DNA of 60,773 bases, the filler included. It is 5 parts of 5 records of this genome, joined end to end, with 100 filler letters (N's around TTAATTAATTAA, not from the genome) between each part and the next. Parts side by side here need not be neighbours in the genome. Positions count along the whole stretch, not along the records: positions 53,381 to 60,773 come from SRR31156797_9353; 4 more parts are not named here. The stretch is one strand, 5' to 3'. Each line of letters begins with the position of its first letter. Within the stretch, counting starts at the first letter, position 1. The notes beneath the pieces are model-generated. The model saw nothing but the letters and a program-made list of their open reading frames with translations, was not told the origin of the DNA and did not search any database. This document shows, in pieces, positions 58,543 through 60,773 of this stretch. The position numbers and the translations under genes were made by a program.

Positions 58543-58674
58543 ATGTTTTCAGATTCTCATAAAGAGGAGCATTTAGCTTATAAGATTCTGGATATAAAAG
58601 AAGAATTAAAAAAACTTGGATATACTCAAATTTGTACATTCGATAAATTAAAACCTAAATTTCATAATTTATAA
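58543..58674 (+). pseudogene. C-terminal remnant resembling a PHP-family (HisJ-like) phosphatase
   Basis: MFSDSHKEEHLAYK...LKKLGYTQICTF contains the SDxH terminal PHP motif; only 43 aa. Confidence 0.5.
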
Positions 58675-58697
58675 TAATATTAAGTGGAGGAAACAAG

Positions 58698-58955
58698 ATG
58701 TTTAAAATAATTGGAATGTGCGCGGCGATACTAACTACCTCATCATTTATACCACAAGCGATAAAAACAATCAAAACTAAAGACACAAGTGGAATCTCTC
58801 TATATATGTACTTGATATTTACATCGGGAGTGTTCATGTGGATACTTTATTCAATCTATATAAAAGACATAGCTATTTTTTTAGCAAATCTTGTCACTTT
58901 TGTTTTTTCATCAATAATTTTGGGTTATAAAATTAAATCAGAAAAAAAGTTGTAA
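58698..58955 (+). CDS. SemiSWEET (PQ-loop) sugar transporter
   Basis: LTTSSFIPQAIKTIKTKDTSGISL motif; three TM helices. Confidence 0.92.
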   Translation: MFKIIGMCAAILTTSSFIPQAIKTIKTKDTSGISLYMYLIFTSGVFMWILYSIYIKDIAIFLANLVTFVFSSIILGYKIKSEKKL

Positions 58956-59071
58956 TTTTGCCAAGAATAGAGTATAGATTACTGAGAGAAAGAGATTAAT
59001 TTGAAATATATTGCTTAATTGAAAGTATGAATAATAAGTTTTTAGCAATTAACTTAAGGGGAGTGAATGTA

Positions 59072-59635
59072 TTGAGTACGGAAAAACAAAAAATGCTTGC
59101 TGGAGAGATGTATGATTCTATGGATAAGGAGTTATACGATGCAAGAGCATATGCAAAGGAAACATGGAGGAAGTATAACAGCCATTTTGAAAAAACAGGA
59201 GAGTATGACAAAAATTTGCTTGGAGAATTATTTGGAAGCACGGGAGATAATTTTTTTATTGAAGCAGCAATAAAGTTTGATTATGGATTTAATATTCACA
59301 TCGGTGAAAATTTTTATGCAAATTATGACTGTATTTTACTTGATATTTGTGAAATAAAAATAGGTAAAAACTGTATGCTTGCACCGAGAGTAACGATCTA
59401 TACTGCAACTCATCCGCTTGATCCTGATGAGAGAAACAGCGGTCTGGAGTACGGTAAACCTATAACTATTGGAGATAATGCCTGGATTGGTGGAGATGCC
59501 ACTATTTGCCCGGGAGTAACTATCGGAGATAATGTAGTTGTGGCAGCTGGAGCAGTTGTTACGAAGGATGTACCTGATAATGTAGTTGTTGGAGGTAATC
59601 CTGCTAAAATCATAAAAAAAATAGATGTGAAATAA
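59072..59635 (+). CDS. maa: Maltose/galactoside O-acetyltransferase
   Basis: [23 protein letters not shown] and hexapeptide repeats; GGGGAG RBS before the TTG at 59072. Confidence 0.9.
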   Translation: MSTEKQKMLAGEMYDSMDKELYDARAYAKETWRKYNSHFEKTGEYDKNLLGELFGSTGDNFFIEAAIKFDYGFNIHIGENFYANYDCILLDICEIKIGKNCMLAPRVTIYTATHPLDPDERNSGLEYGKPITIGDNAWIGGDATICPGVTIGDNVVVAAGAVVTKDVPDNVVVGGNPAKIIKKIDVK

Positions 59636-59669
59636 AAGAATTAGGGAGACGTATCTCCCTAATTCTTTT
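59634..59669 (+). terminator. Rho-independent terminator
   Basis: AAAAGAATTAGGGAGA-CGTA-TCTCCCTAATTCTTTT. Confidence 0.85.
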
Positions 59670-59812
59670 ATTTGAATAAATATTAATTTTAAAAATTGGT
59701 ACTGGAATGTAATAAATAATGAATAATTTTGAAATCATTGAATTGATAATCAATACTAAAGTATAATTAAGATAGATTAAGTTTATTTTTGAATCATTGG
59801 GAGGAAGAAAAT

Positions 59813-60583
59813 ATGAGAGAAAAAGTAATTTTAATAATTCTATTTCTGTTCTCTAGTGTTAATATATCTTTTTCAGAAAGCAAGTTAACATTTTCCTCTC
59901 ACCCGGAAGTAGCACCAATGAGTTGGAATTATAATGATAAACTCATTGGAGTCGGACCTGAATTAGTAAAACTTATATTTAATGAATTAGGAATTTCTGT
60001 AGAAGCACAACTCTTACCTTGGAAAAGAACCCTTCTTAATGCAAAAACAGGTGAATTAGATGTAGTTGCAAACATATATTTTACTAAGGAGCGTACTGAA
60101 TTTCTTGAATACTGCATTCCACATTATTCTGAGGCAAAAACAGTTGTCATTGTAAAAGAAGGTTATGAGTTTCCATTCTTTGAATGGAAGGATTTAATTA
60201 ATCTAAAAGGGGGAACACTTTTAGGAGATAGCTGGGGAGAAGAATTTGATAATTATATGGATGAAAATCTAGATATTTCTAGAGTTCGAGAATTTAGTAC
60301 AAATTTAAGAAGATTAGACTCAGGTCGAATAGATTATATAATCGCATCAAACCATAATGCAAACATGAAAATTAGTAAACTTGGTTTTTCTGAAAAAATT
60401 ACAATACTTCCTGTAGCAATAAACACTGAAAAAGAATATATTGCTATTTCAAAAAAATCACCATATTTAAAATATCTTCCTCAAGTAAATAAAAAAATAG
60501 AAGAGATGCTTGCTGACGGAAGGATTGAAAAATTGATTAATAAATATATAGAACAAGCTGAATTTATGAATATGAAGAAATAG
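59813..60583 (+). CDS. Periplasmic substrate-binding protein, family 3
   Basis: Signal peptide; PWKR..L.AKTGELD and GRIDY motifs; GGAGG RBS. Confidence 0.88.
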   Translation: MREKVILIILFLFSSVNISFSESKLTFSSHPEVAPMSWNYNDKLIGVGPELVKLIFNELGISVEAQLLPWKRTLLNAKTGELDVVANIYFTKERTEFLEYCIPHYSEAKTVVIVKEGYEFPFFEWKDLINLKGGTLLGDSWGEEFDNYMDENLDISRVREFSTNLRRLDSGRIDYIIASNHNANMKISKLGFSEKITILPVAINTEKEYIAISKKSPYLKYLPQVNKKIEEMLADGRIEKLINKYIEQAEFMNMKK

Positions 60584-60637
60584 TGTTAATATAAATTCAA
60601 AACTCATTTGAGCTTATAAAAATGAATAGAAACTGTT

Positions 60638-60669
60638 AAAAAATCAGAAGGATAACCTTCTGATTTTTT
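60638..60669 (+). terminator. Rho-independent terminator
   Basis: AAAAAATCAGAAGG-ATAA-CCTTCTGATTTTTT. Confidence 0.85.
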
Positions 60670-60773
60670 ATGTATGGGAAAGTATAAATCTATATTTTAT
60701 TCTTATTGTGTTTTTCTGAAATATAGGAGATGTGATATACTTTATACTATATAGGTTTTAATTAGTTTCTAGT

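Noticed and set aside
15-60117. Many short antisense or overlapping ORFs in the supplied track (for example 225-500, 3203-3649, 10667-10999, 19897-20313, 52682-53038)
   Set aside because: They are shadows of well-supported genes and lack an RBS or family motifs.

Overview
The window is not one genome segment. It holds five contigs joined by artificial 100-nt spacers (N44-TTAATTAATTAA-N44 at 8942-9041, 30957-31056, 36262-36361 and 53281-53380). Contig 1 (1-8941) is Bacteroidota-like, judged from TAnnTTTG promoters and a T9SS cargo gene. It carries a vWA protein, an SSS symporter, ferritin, DUF3109, a lipoprotein with an in-frame amber stop paired with a T9SS protein, ThpR, UPF0175 and a polyprenyl synthase. 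Contig 2 (9042-30956) is Campylobacterota-like. It has a pst/pho locus split by an antisense Pit gene with two PHO-like boxes, adenine deaminase, YceI, a B12-radical SAM enzyme, a TsoY-like protein, Mla-like genes, tRNA-Val(GAC) with unannotated microproteins, and a toxin-antitoxin insertion between mtnN and fabD. Contigs 3-4 (31057-53280) are Arcobacteraceae-like: an MCP, an ankyrin protein, recN, a dense signalling cluster, GH57, gap and pfkA. Contig 5 (53381-60773) is from a very AT-rich Fusobacteriota/Bacillota-like organism, with an orphan Rhs toxin-immunity pair, a DeoR regulator with four phased operators and small transport or metabolic genes. The best candidate for an undescribed system is at 42280-46522. 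A FeeM/LuxI-fold acyl-signal synthase sits between two paralogous response regulators and a 7TM-DISM kinase, and a shared TGTGACA-N5-TGTGACA box links them; two copies lie 9 nt upstream of a -10 element. This resembles a two-component-based quorum-sensing or autoinducer circuit. All product and taxon calls come from motif recognition by eye; no database searches were run.
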